Positions 51,471-64,000 of a stretch of 64,000 bases of DNA are shown here, piece after piece. The notes under the pieces were generated by a model, which saw only the letters and a list, made by a program, of their open reading frames with translations, searched no databases and was not told the origin of the DNA. Location: NCBI GenBank assembly GCA_951406725.2, contig OX597826.1:8804001-8868000 (forward strand). Reading direction: 5' to 3'. Made by a program: the position numbers and the translations under genes. Source of the DNA: Octopus vulgaris. Taxonomy: Eukaryota. How positions within the stretch are numbered: the stretch's first letter is position 1; each line of letters opens with the position of its first letter.

Positions 51471-52654
51471 GTTCTATCAATTATTTATACAATCGCAGAT
51501 ATTACACTCTCTCTTTCACTTTCACACTCTTCCTTCATAACTCTCTACTTTCTCTGTCGCATATTTAATTGTAACTGATGCTATCTCAGTCCAGCAAATG
51601 TTCTTCCTCTTACTACCTCTCTTTTCTTTCTCCACCCATCTCCGTCCTCTTTTTACCTTTATCTTTTTCTCTCTTTCCTTCTCTGTGTGTCCTTATGCTT
51701 CATTTTTCTTTCCTTTCTCTCTCTCTCTCTTATTTCTCTCTACTTCTACTTCCTTCTTACCTAATCTAGTATATTCATTGTTGTCGCAGTGTTTTCTTAC
51801 TCTATCGTTTTGTTGTTACCCTAATATCGAAATACCCCTTCAAGCGTTAAGTATTTCAAATGACAAACTTACATTATAAGCGCTTTAAATATTTGAATCT
51901 CAGCATTTATCAACATCGTTTTCACCATATGCGTTATAGCTATGTAAGCCTTTAATTTGTAATGAAATATTTTGTCGTCTCAAAAATCAGTAACGCAAAA
52001 CGTAAAATTGGAAATTTTGGAAAAATCAAATGGATGAAAGGAAATATGCATATCTGATCAAGCAGACACCGTTGAGACTTTAACAAATGCAAAACAACGA
52101 TATTTCTGATAGCGTTAATTGTAGTAGCAATTCTCTTTGCATTGCTAAATCAGACAGCTGCAGTCGATACGCGACAGCTCCTGGAAGAAAAAGAACATTG
52201 TAAAGGTACGTTAAAATGGATATTGCCTTTGCCTTCTTGCCCGTGGAATATATTCAGAAACAGGTAAGATGAGTAACACACCTCAATTATTATTTTTTCA
52301 ACAACGGCAGAGACTTTCTATTGTCTACAAAGGGTAAATTGGTAAAACCCTGGTCGGTTTGAAGTACGATGTGTGTTCCAATCTACCGAGACGGGTTTGA
52401 ATTGCAAATTAAGACTGGTCTTTAACTTAAGGCAAAGGTCAAGCCGATGCAACAAGCGGAGTTGAAACACCTGCCTACAAGCGGGTTCCACTCTGTATCA
52501 CAGTCAGGTATTTAATGGTAATGTTTACTCATAGCTAGCTCATCATCACCTGTGTGGTACAATACTAGTAGATGGTTAACACAAAGGAAACACAGAACAA
52601 TATGCTATCGGTGAGGTCTTCGTAGACAAGCAAATCCTGATGACCGCTAAAAAC

Positions 52655-53966
52655 TAGATCCCTACGTAAATAGAAACTGGGACAACGTTGCGAGCAAGGG
52701 GACTAGTCTCACCCAGAAAGGGGCTGAGAGCAAACTATTCGTGAAAGGTCGGAACTAGAGAGTAAATGCATATCTTGCCTTAGTTACATATTAGGGCCTG
52801 GCCGTCGTGCCTTCTCCTACTTTTTACTTGCCCAGATTAGAGCATCTGCTCTTTCAGTTCTTGTGAAAGAGACACGTTCCTCTAGCCAAGAGCTCTATCT
52901 GCTGTGAATATCCTCTGCATGGCGGGCTCGGTATGTAGTCGCTGCTGATGCACAGACATGCGTTACGACTACGAGGTCTATAAATATTCCTAGACGGTAA
53001 GCAATTATGCTTATTCTTTATCAGATACGTTTTCTGTCTGCTCGTCTCTGGTGGAACTGCAATTCTTGGTCAAGCGGAAAACAAGACGATATACCTGGCA
53101 TCTGGAACGCAATTAAGCATTCATAGTCCACAACAAATCGGGAAATACGATTAGTGACACTTCAACCTTGGCGTTCTATAAAGAATTAGTGGTCGACAAG
53201 AGCGATGAAGTTTACGGAAAACTCTAGGTATCGATAAGAATCAACAGGCTGTGCTGTTTGTGAGAACCTTCGGCATAGGAGTTATGGATAACTTCAAGAA
53301 ATCCCTTGTGCAGCAGTGCCCACATAGAGTATTTAACAAACTTTACGGTCAATGATGTGCAATCAATCAGACCTGTCCAAAATCTGTGCTGGGTGATGAA
53401 GCAATTTTGAACGTATTTGTTTAGTGTCGAAACATTGCTGGTTTGTGAAGTGCTATGGAGCCGCCGAGCCCATCGTGAAGATCGCCCCATCACTCTCTTT
53501 TGATCGGAATGACAAGTAGTTTTCTTATGTCTGATGGCTATGGCGAAAACGATTGTGTGATGGACGAGATTAAAAGTGCTGACGACAATTACTTTCCTTT
53601 CCAAGTTAACATGAAAAAGAAAGTGAAAGTAGAAAGACAAGTTTTTCCTCCAGTAAATTTCTTGGAAGGTGGGTAAGAGTAAATAACTTTGCACCAGTGA
53701 TCGGGTCTACTCTGAACATGTTCCTATAAAAGGAGAAACGGGGGATGAGAGTAAGAACTTGTCTTGAAAGTCAGAGCCATTAAGTTTTTTGTTGGGTTTC
53801 CTTGATTGATACTAAACACCGATCCCTTCATATTGGAAAATTTTGTAGTTTTGTTGTTATTTGTTATTTTTGTTATAGTTTGTTTGTACAATCACTAGCT
53901 TTTATATTTTTGTCATTTTGTTATTGCTTTACTTCATCTTTGGACCCTTGTGGGTAATGAGGAAAT
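52655..53966 (+). mobile_element. L1/Tx1-clade LINE, 5'-truncated, decayed (ORF2 C-terminal third + 3' UTR)
   Basis: Broken frame NWDNV...KLFVKGR...FQFL*K...PLHGGLGM...WHLE...FYKELV...TCPKSVLGDEAILNVFV*C (degenerate CCHC)...AMAKTIV*WTR...RW; T-rich UTR ending cccttgtgggtaatgaggaaat before (CAT)n. Confidence 0.72.
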
Positions 53967-54021
53967 CATCAACATCGTCATCATCATCATCATCGTCATC
54001 GTCATCGTCGTCGTTACCATG

Positions 54022-54092
<71 letters not shown>

Positions 54093-54165
54093 CTTTATTA
54101 TTATTATTATTATTATTATCATTATTATTATTATTATCATCATCATCGTCATTATCAACATATAT

Positions 54166-54330
54166 GCGCAGGGGTGACTGTGTGGTAAGTAGCTTGCTTA
54201 TCAACCACATGGTTCCGTGTTCAGTCCCACTGCGTAGCACCTTAGGCAAGTATCTTCCGCTATAACCTCGGGCCAACCAAAGCCCTGTGAGTGGATATGG
54301 TAGACGGAAACTGAAAGAAACACGTCATAT
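54166..54330 (+). mobile_element. SINE family 1, 5' half
   Basis: gcgcagg.gtgactgtgtggtaagtagcttgc...ggtagacggaaactgaaagaa, then (TA)n. Confidence 0.85.
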
Positions 54331-54333
54331 ATA

Positions 54334-54391
<58 letters not shown>

Positions 54392-54445
54392 GATTCCATG
54401 ATAATAATAATAATGATAATAATAATAATGATAATAATAATAATG

Positions 54446-54523
<78 letters not shown>

Positions 54524-54526
<3 letters not shown>

Positions 54527-54693
54527 TCCAAAATTACCTTAGGAATGCGAACCCAGGTTCGAAATTTCCCTAATACACCTGATGAAGAAATGTTAACAAC
54601 AAACAAGATGAGGACAAATATCCGTGAAATGTAAATAATGTAAATAATGTAGATAATGTACATAATTCCTCAACTCTTAAGTATAGGACTGTA
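54524..54693 (+). mobile_element. Second copy of the hammerhead-carrying short repeat (ribozyme core partly deleted)
   Basis: Matches 32604-32748; acacctgatgaag retained but helix II and the cleavage triplet are lost. Confidence 0.75.
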
Positions 54694-54777
54694 CAGTCTA
54701 GTACTGCAATCGATGTAACTGACTTGCCACTTATCCCACAATAGTGCTGGCCTTGTGCCAAAATTTGAAACCAGTAA

Positions 54778-54802
54778 TAGCAGCAGCAGCAGTAGTAGCA
54801 GC

Positions 54803-54856
<54 letters not shown>

Positions 54857-54914
54857 GGTGGTGGTGGTGGTGGTGGTGGTGGTGGTGGTAGTGGTGGTGG
54901 TGGTGGTGGTAGTT

Positions 54915-54961
<47 letters not shown>

Positions 54962-54988
54962 GGTGGTGGTGGTGGTAGTAGTAGTAGA

Positions 54989-55021
<33 letters not shown>

Positions 55022-55075
55022 GGTGGTGGTGGTAGTAGTAGAAATAGTAGTAGTAGTAGTAGTAGCAGCAGCAGC

Positions 55076-55128
<53 letters not shown>
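54778..55128. repeat. (GTA/GTG/GCA)n microsatellite
   Basis: Direct inspection. Confidence 0.95.
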
Positions 55129-55511
55129 CTGTCGTCGTCGTCGTCTTTGCCTATTTGTTGTTACTATTACCGTTCGTTCCAGTGTCTATTGATTTTTAAC
55201 ACGCGTTGAAATTTTGCCATCGAAAAACATCTCCTTAAGGGAGGTACATGATATATCCACCCTTGGCAAGAACATATATGCCTCTGTGTTTGTGTGTGTG
55301 TGTGTGTGTATAGAGAAAGAGGGGGAGAGAGAGAGAGAGAGAGAAGGGAATGAATAGTTCAAAAGAGAGGAAAAAAAACTGTGCTGTCCCTCAAAAGGGT
55401 TTGTCTGGCGTAGTTTGATAAGGTCAGATAATAAAAGAATATCCGGATTGCAAGAATAACATGAACAGAGAGAAAAGAACAGAAAGGAAAAGAAAGAAGG
55501 GAAGAAAGAAA

Positions 55512-55564
<53 letters not shown>

Positions 55565-55799
55565 AGACAGGCTGACAGTCGACTGAGGAGAAAGAAAAAA
55601 GATATATATATATATATATATATTGTACATTATATATTATATATACACATACCTGCACATATATATATATGCATTTATATACATACATATGTATGTGTGT
55701 GTCTCGGTGTGTGTGCGTGTCGGTGTGTGTGCGTGTGCGTGTCGGTGTGTGTGTGTGCATACCTTAGGAATACACATATAATGTATATATACATACATC

Positions 55800-55833
<34 letters not shown>

Positions 55834-55837
55834 AACA

Positions 55838-55878
<41 letters not shown>

Positions 55879-56216
55879 CGAGGAAGAGAGAAAGAAGGAG
55901 AGCACGGGGAGAGAGAGAGAGATTCTGATCAGATAGAAGAAAGATTCTTTTCAACTTTGAGCAGAAGGTGATCCCGCAAGAAATTCTTGTCAAATACGTT
56001 GAAGAGCCGGAAACGTCAGCATGCTTCAAAAAGAAACGCTCTTGTGAGTCAGTAATTCCACGTTTGGACGTTCTTCCTCTTCTTTCTCTCCCTCTCTCTC
56101 TCTCTTTCTTTCTCTATCTATCTATCTATCTATCTATCACTCTTTCTCTCTCGCTCTCTGTTCATAACTTTCTCTTTCTCTTTCCCTATATTGCTCTACA
56201 ATCCTCTCTCTCTTTC

Positions 56217-56247
<31 letters not shown>

Positions 56248-56446
56248 TGCTCTCCTTTGTTCGAACTATCGATCTGCTCCTTTCATTCCCATTTCATCTT
56301 CTTTCCGCTCTGGTCTATCATATATATTTCGATAGCTGTAATTATATCTCTTTGCATGTTTGTCTGTCTCTTTACATGTAAAGTTCTTCTTTCTACTTTC
56401 TGATTCTCTGTCGGACTGCTGGGTGCGTGCGTGTGCGTCCGCGTGT

Positions 56447-56484
<38 letters not shown>

Positions 56485-57528
56485 TCGTGTGTGAGTCTGA
56501 GCTGTCTGTCTATTCATCACCAGCCAGTTTGTCTGTCAGCTCTTTGTACATCTGTCGATCTTTATTCTCATATACGCATACATAAGCATATATGTACATG
56601 TATCTACCTATCTATAGATTTATATATATATATGTATATATATATACTTTTCTCCCTTTGCTTTGGTTTTGCTGTTGTGATTTTGGCTCTCCACACAATA
56701 TATATTGAATAATACATCATTTACCACCTCATCCCGTCACTGTAGACGTATTTATGTATAGATGTGTATTTAGTTATGAATATATACCACGTATGTGTGT
56801 ATTTAGGCATACACATTTATGCATATATACGTGTTCATATCTGCATATATATGTATGTGTACATGCATATATATTATATTGAGAGAGGTGGGGTAAGCGA
56901 CAGCTTGCTAGATAGAAGGATGTGTTGATGAGTTGAGATCTGAGGCTTAGACTTAGGTATGTATAAGTTTTTGTCTTCTATTATATCTTTTATACGAATG
57001 CAAACAGTCATATGCTGATAAAGATGTGTTAGTTTATAGATAGATAAATGTCTGGATGAGGAAAATAGAAAGGAGATATACATCTAAGTGTGTGTGTGAA
57101 TGTGTGTGAAAGTACGTATGTATATATTTGTGTGTATGTATGTATATCATTGTTCAGTTTTATTTCAAGATTTCTTGCCAATAGAGAAAGAACCTGTTTC
57201 TCACCTAGATCTAAGGCTCCCTTATTGAAATTTCAATATCAACAACAGGGTATTTCTGTAAGTGTGCATGTATGTATATGTGCAGATTTGTACGTTTTGT
57301 TTTATGTATGTATTCTCATGCGTATAGTTGCATATATAGACATGCTCACACATATTCAAATAATAAACTTCTGGAAAGTTTTACAGAGTTTTACCATTTC
57401 AGTGAAAGATTGGGTCTGTAGTCTTCGAATTAGCTTTCTCCTTTCTGGTTTTGAGAAGCTTAATTTCTCAAGATTTGTATTTAGGCAGTGTGGTACGTAT
57501 GTATGTATGTGTGTGTCTATGTGTATAC

Positions 57529-57571
<43 letters not shown>

Positions 57572-57750
57572 CGTGTTATGGATATATGATCTCAATACAC
57601 GTCTGGTTAAGTTCGTTACAACAACGTGCTAACAGGTTCGATTCCACTGGCAAGCTTCTTGAACAAGTATTTTCTGGCATAGATTCGTGTTGATCAATAT
57701 ATCGCGCGGATACGTATGTGTGCGTATGTGTTCTGATATATATATATATA

Positions 57751-58008
57751 TATCGTTGCTATTATGCAAAAGTGTCGTAAGTCCATAGCTTTGTTGTGTT
57801 TTTTCAGATAACCAAAAAATAGTTTCACCATTCCATAGCAAAACCGTTGTACTACACTTTGGCAATTTTTGATGTCTTGACATCTGAAGCAGCTGGAGAT
57901 ACGATAGTTTGACCAAAAGAACTGGTTATTGCAAGCAAAATTAAATATTGAAAAAAACGCATTTGGCTAAATTTGGACATACGACAGTTTAACATAATAG
58001 CAACGAAA
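57751..58008. mobile_element. TA-flanked MITE (Tc1/mariner-type)
   Basis: TIRs tcgttgctattatgcaaaagtgtcgtaagtcca / tggacatacgacagtttaacataatagcaacga. Confidence 0.75.
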
Positions 58009-58042
58009 TAGATCAATCGATAGATAGATAGATAGATAGATA

Positions 58043-58252
58043 AGTTTCTTTATTGGCCACACAGGGCTGCACACAGATGGGACAAGTTACAAAGTAGAGC
58101 TTTTCTTTTGGGGGATGAAGAGAACAAAAAACAAAAGAAAAAAAAGAAAAAAGGGGTGGCGTAGGTTTTCGATCAAGAGGGATCGTAAAAGGGAAGAAAA
58201 GAACAAAAAAAAATTTTTTAATAATAAAAAAATAAATGAATAAAATAAAAAA
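58043..58252 (-). mobile_element. Tx1/L1-like LINE 3' UTR fragment inside (GATA)n
   Basis: Reverse complement is a T-rich UTR ending ttgtcccatctgtgtgcagccctgtgtggccaataaagaaac; resembles the end at 53945-53966 and SINE tail A. Confidence 0.6.
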
Positions 58253-58848
58253 TAGATAGATAGATGGTAAGTAGGTAGGTAGGTAGGTAGGTAGGTAGGT
58301 AGGTAGGCAGGCAGGTAGATATCTAGGAAAAGATTAAAGTAAATTAGCGGAAATGGAAAGAGAGGAATAAGAGCGGACAGTACACCATACACCACCATAC
58401 CACTCAACAAATCACATCACAACACGCCACAACGTACACATCAGCACTGACTACTTCCCAGCTCCACATTTTCACACCTACACATACACACACGCACACG
58501 TCAAGATCACCAGCCCTCTTCCACATGTACATACAAAACCTCTTACACACACGCACGCGCACCTTCGTTTTGGGATCACCACTACTTTATTATCTCCCCT
58601 TCTTCCTAGCTCTCCTGTGTGACCCTTCAGTCTGGCATTCGCCATGATAGATCGCTAGCCACTACACATTTTTTATTTTCTCTTCTTGTTTCTTTCTGTG
58701 TTCCTTTCTGTGGAAGAGTATAGGCTCAAAACGTTCGACTTTTTCACTTCCCGATCGGTAAACTAATACATCTGTTTGTTGTCTACACCATCTGTCTTCG
58801 TTTTTGGTTGTTTGTTTTTTGTGAATTATCCCTATATATATATATAGT

Positions 58849-58894
<46 letters not shown>

Positions 58895-59085
58895 CACAGA
58901 CACGTATATATTTATGTATATATATACACATACACACACATAGACACGAGCACACACATACACATACACAGACATACATATATATATGTGTGTGGATGTG
59001 TGTGTGTATATACACGTGCGCACGCAGACACAAACACACATATTTATATGTATGTATACATATATACATACATACATACATGCAG

Positions 59086-59147
<62 letters not shown>

Positions 59148-59390
59148 ATATATATATATATAAATACATACATATATATATATATATATACATATATATA
59201 TACATATATATATGCACATATATATATACACATATATATATACGTATATGTATATACTACAATGATACATACATACATGCATACATTCTCATATACACAC
59301 ACATACATGCATACACGCTTACATGCACGCATACATAAATACAGAAAAAATATATATATATACATTGATTGATTGATTGATTGATGGATG

Positions 59391-59460
<70 letters not shown>

Positions 59461-59605
59461 CAGATAGATGCTGAATACTGTGCAGCTGCTTTGAAACCTC
59501 ATACGCTCTCAAACAAGCATATTATCTGTATCGTTATCATCATCATCATTATTTGTTTATGTTGTTGTTGCTATTATTATTATTATTATTATTATCATCA
59601 TCATT

Positions 59606-59640
<35 letters not shown>

Positions 59641-60364
59641 TATTATTTTAATTAATCTAGGGAGAAAATGATAAAACAACCCGAGACAAATGACCCAATA
59701 CAAAGATAGAATAGAAATCCGTTGCAAATGGCGGCTTTGATAAGCTGACCTCTTGAAATAGTTGTAATGTTACACAGAGAATAATTTCAGAGCCGTTTGA
59801 AAGATAACAGAACGGCAAAATTGCAGAGAAATGAGCTTGTTAAACACGACACTGAGACATTTTAAGGTTCTCTTAAGGGTCTTCTTCTACTTGGATTGTC
59901 TTTCAATGCACAGAATCTGAAAGCGGGGAAGAACTAAATAGAATTCGTCCGAATATGACGTCCTTAGTGTTTGTATTGATAGCCGTGGTTTGGAGTTGTA
60001 AAGGTTAGAATTTTATTCATAGGCTGTCAAACCATAACAGATGGAACCCATATATGGAAATATTGTAGCTATTGCGCAGCCTCTGTTCTTTATTCTGTTT
60101 AGGAAAGGCGGAGAAACTCAGAACGTGTAGATGTGTGTGTATTGATGTGTAATGGATGTATAGTGCATGTGTGCATGTGTGCATGTGTGTATGTGTAATG
60201 GATGTGATGTACATGTGTGCATGTGTGTATGCGTATATGCTCGTATGTATGTGTGTGTATGTATGTGTGTATGTATGTATGTATGTATGTATGAATGAAT
60301 GTATGTAGAGAGTGAGTGCTGCGAGGGATAAGTGTTTGTATATAAAGATAGATAAATGGATAGA

Positions 60365-60755
60365 TAGCTTGCTTACCAACCATATGATGCCGGATTCAGT
60401 CCCACTGCGTGGCACCTTGGGCTAGTGTCTTCTACTATAGCCTCAGGCCTACCAAAGCTTTGTGAGTGGATTTGGCAGACGGAAACTGAAAGAAGTCCGT
60501 CGTATATATATATGCATATATGTATGTGTGTGTATATGATTGTGTGTGTGTGTGTGTGTGTTTGTCCCTCCCCCACCATCGCTTGACAACCGGTGTTGGT
60601 GTGTTCACGTCCCCGTAACTTAGCGGTTCGACAAAAAAACGATAGAATAAGTACTACGCTTACAAAGAATGAGTCCTGGGGTCAATTTATTCGACTAAAG
60701 ACGATACACCAGTATGGCCGCAGTCAAATGCATGAAACAAATGAAAGAATGAAAT
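60365..60755 (+). mobile_element. SINE family 1, slightly 5'-truncated
   Basis: Matches 10701-11139. Confidence 0.88.
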
Positions 60756-60856
<101 letters not shown>

Positions 60857-60864
60857 TAGATAGT

Positions 60865-60935
<71 letters not shown>

Positions 60936-61599
60936 GCACAGAGTAATGCCTCGCTTAACGTTCAAGATACGTTCCTAGAGATGCAGCCAGCGCAAGACGA
61001 AACAACGTTGAAAGAAGTCATAGTAGCTTAGCATAGAACAGTTTTTTTTTTTTTTTTTTTTTGCTTTTTCATATGTCTTTTTTAACGGTCATATACATAT
61101 AAATGAAGGTGATGTGCATCACCTAACAACTGAAGAAACGTATGAACAGGCTATCACACCACTCCAAGCTCATATCTTTAAATAGCATCACACGTTTTGG
61201 TGTTAAATATTATAATCTAAATTTGATGACGAAATTAGGAAACGAGTTTAATTAAGGTCTAATGTCATTATAAAATTATTAAACAAGTTACAATAATCAA
61301 CTTTAATCACGAGCACTCGGTCATGCTCACCATTAATTTAGTTGAAAAACAGCAGTGAGAAATAAAATAGAAAATATTATAACTAGAATTTGAACCAGGC
61401 TGTAGGTTTTTCTTGGCACTTTCGTTGCTTTCCGAAGAATACATCTAATTCAATGCTTTCTCGAGTTTTCTTTCACAGAGCGGTTCACAGTTGCAAAATA
61501 TCATGTGTACATCTCTTTGCTGTTGTGCTCCCATCGTTGGTCAATTAGAGTAAACTGTGAATAACTAATGATGTTGAGTGACTGTTTGTCCCCTCTGTG

Positions 61600-61730
61600 C
61601 ATAAGTACTAGGCTTCAAAAAATAAGTTCTGGGAGTCGATTTGTTCGAGTAAGACTGTTCAAGGCGGTGCTCCAGCATGACCGCATTCAAATGATTGAAA
61701 CAAGTAAAGGAATAAGAATAAAAGAATATA
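61600..61730 (+). mobile_element. SINE family 1, 3' fragment
   Basis: ataagtactaggctt...gtcgatttgttcga...ggcggtgctccagcatg...gaaacaagtaaa. Confidence 0.75.
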
Positions 61731-61776
61731 TATATACAAATTTGTATGTGTGTGTGTGTGTGTGTGTGTGCGTGTG

Positions 61777-61819
<43 letters not shown>

Positions 61820-62989
61820 AGGACATCAAAAAACGTGAACAAAATGAGAAACGAGAACATAAAAAAACATAGAAAACGAACTTTTTTTCGAACAACGAAA
61901 GAAACAAATAGAGAAACGAGACAGACAAAATAAAGAACATTCCCTTCATCAGTTATCCTCTGTTTTATCTATACCGCGTTTCGAAGGTAGAGACAAGACG
62001 GGACTTCGTTAAAACAGTCCTTCCCGCAAAGCAAATTAAATAAAAATTTGGGATTTTTTGCGGAGGGTAGCAAAAACAGGACAGTAAGAACAAAACAGTA
62101 AAAAGAAACGGTGAGGGCTGTTAAGCCAAGACGAGGTGAAGTGGTGAACGCTTGGAAAAACGAGCTTTGAGAAGAGACAAGCAAAAGTACGTCTTGGCTT
62201 TAGGAATGAAGTGGAAGAAAGAAAGATAGATAGCCGTTGGTCACGTGTGAGCAATGAGAGGATGCATAGAAACTTTCATTATTCCATACACCTATCGCAC
62301 CATTCTTATGTGCCAATATGCATAAGCAATGGTTCGTTCGAAACAGCTGTCAAAATAAAATTTATACAAAACTCCTGTTTATTTTCTATTCTTTACTGCG
62401 TACTCTGTATTTTCTATTCCTTGTAAGTATGCTCGTTAAGCCTATTTGTGTTTATCTGTCTTTCCATATCATCTCAACGAGGATTATTCTTAAACTTTCT
62501 ACGTTAGAGGAATCTGCCCCAGATTAACGAGTTAAATCTTTAGTTCTCATTTATCTAAGCACTGCTCTGTAGATATACAATGTGTCCATAAATTATCTTT
62601 TCAACTTCTATACTTTTAAAATCCATATTGTAAAGAGGCTTTATGGACGCCGTATAAGTGTGTGCGCGCGCGTGTGTGTGTGTGTGTCTGTGACTATCTG
62701 TCTGTGTATGTGTTTAGGTGTGTATGTGCGTGTCTGTGAGCGCGTGAGTGTGTGTGAACACCAATGCCACATATTTCGGTTGTTGTGTATGTTACGCTTA
62801 AAGAATAACACACATATACACACATGCATACATATTTATACACATTTATAAAAATATAAATATATTAAACTAATCTTGTCGCAAATTGACGTTGACAATC
62901 TTCGGTCCAGTATCGTATTTTAAAAGTCGGAATTGAATAAAGATCGTTAGTTGACAAACTTGGAAATATCCCTTTAAATATATACTAAA

Positions 62990-64000
62990 CTAGACTACCC
63001 GTGACCCGTTGGGTCACTGACGGTTCAGGTTATAAAACACTGAGGCTGATTTCAAGATTGCATTGAAATGAAAGTTAATTTTATGATGATTCAGTTAAAT
63101 GTTTCAATTCGCTCGTGCCATCATAGGTCTGGTTTACAAGTTCATGTTTAAGGTTTTATTGGTTATTTAATAGAACTAGAACTTCTGGGATAAACTAATA
63201 GAATTAACATCTAATAGAAATAGAACTTCTAGGATAATCTTGAACTCCAGAAACAGCATTTATTTATGACATATGTCCACACTTCTACAAAAATGCAAAA
63301 AAAATTGTTATATAACGCAAACATAAAATTAATGGAAACAATTTTCCCATTTCCGGGTTATGTTACTTTCGGAGTATTTTCCCCATTATGCCCCGTTTTG
63401 GCTATTTGTGAAAGTACCCCAAAAAAACCGCGTATCTCGGGAATCCGTGGTCCGATTTACGCGTAACTAGTTTTATTCCGTTTGTATTCACATTTCAAGG
63501 GTACCTTATTTTCATAGTATTTTCCCATTGTGCGCCGGTCTGGCTTGCACACAATCAGGCACACAAACAGACTGACATAGCTGACTTTGTTGCCTCATAT
63601 TTTCCAGAAAAATGAATACTTTTTAACGAAATTTCCAACAAATACCGCTTAGATGCTGTGGATTCAGAGTATATAGGGATTTATGGGAATAATTTTTTCG
63701 AGAGGCTAAGGAGGGGAGTTTCGGAAAATTCACACGATCCGACTTTCTTTCCTTATAATTTCAGGAAAATGGATTTCTTTTAATGAAATTTTATACAAAT
63801 GCCTTTCAAACGGCACAGATTACGATTATAAAGAAATATGTGGGGAAAATTTTTTTCCGAGGGGTGGGGAGAGGAGTTTCAAAAAAGTCTTTCCCATAAA
63901 TTCCTATATACTCTGAATCCACAACATCTAAGCAGTATTTGTTAAAACTTTTGTTAAAAAGTATCCACATTTTCTGGAAATTGTAAGGCAAAAAACGTAT
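62990..64000 (-). mobile_element. Helitron-like non-autonomous element 3' end (probably runs off window)
   Basis: Minus strand ends hairpin gtgaccc-aac-gggtcac, then a 7 nt spacer, then CTAG|T; internal ~160 bp direct and inverted repeats at 63590-63990. Confidence 0.5.

Noticed and set aside
53040-53080. GGTAIL read as an APE endonuclease motif
   Set aside because: The surrounding sequence reads consistently in another frame as the Tx1 ORF2 C-terminal region.
55995-56022. ttgaagagccggaaacgtc as a hammerhead
   Set aside because: No helix II or helix I can form.
59745-59940. Minus-strand acceptor ttcttccccgctttcag with possible exon
   Set aside because: All frames closed; could only be non-coding and nothing else supports it.
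60938-61040. Tigger/pogo-like left TIR (gtaatgcctcgcttaacg...gatacgttcc)
   Set aside because: No matching right TIR found in the window.

Overview
Eukaryotic, AT-rich, repeat-saturated DNA (intronic or intergenic). The SINE families, dense di/tri/tetranucleotide microsatellites and LINE types look like an Octopus (coleoid cephalopod) genome; this is pattern recognition, not a database result. No host protein-coding gene can be supported, and nearly all listed ORFs are microsatellite artefacts. Real content: five R4/Dong-clade non-LTR retrotransposon pieces (one with an uninterrupted 763-codon RT + REL-endonuclease frame, three stacked head-to-tail with (TAA)n at their 3' ends); a full-length but dead mariner; a second mariner remnant carrying a foldback insert; decayed L1/Tx1, RTE and Penelope-like elements (PLEs); hAT, TA-flanked, Helitron and Helentron-type non-autonomous elements; and more than 30 tRNA-derived SINE copies from at least four families. 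Most interesting: (1) dispersed type I hammerhead ribozyme motifs, two near-intact (24977-25062, 32654-32699) and several degenerate, tied to PLE 3' ends and to a short non-coding repeat that may be a ribozyme-carrying SINE or retrozyme; (2) a modular SINE system with swappable 3' tails, one matching the local Tx1 LINE 3' end; (3) microsatellite-targeted R4/Dong stacking; (4) a locally templated insertion plus inversion inside a SINE. Boundaries of decayed elements are approximate.
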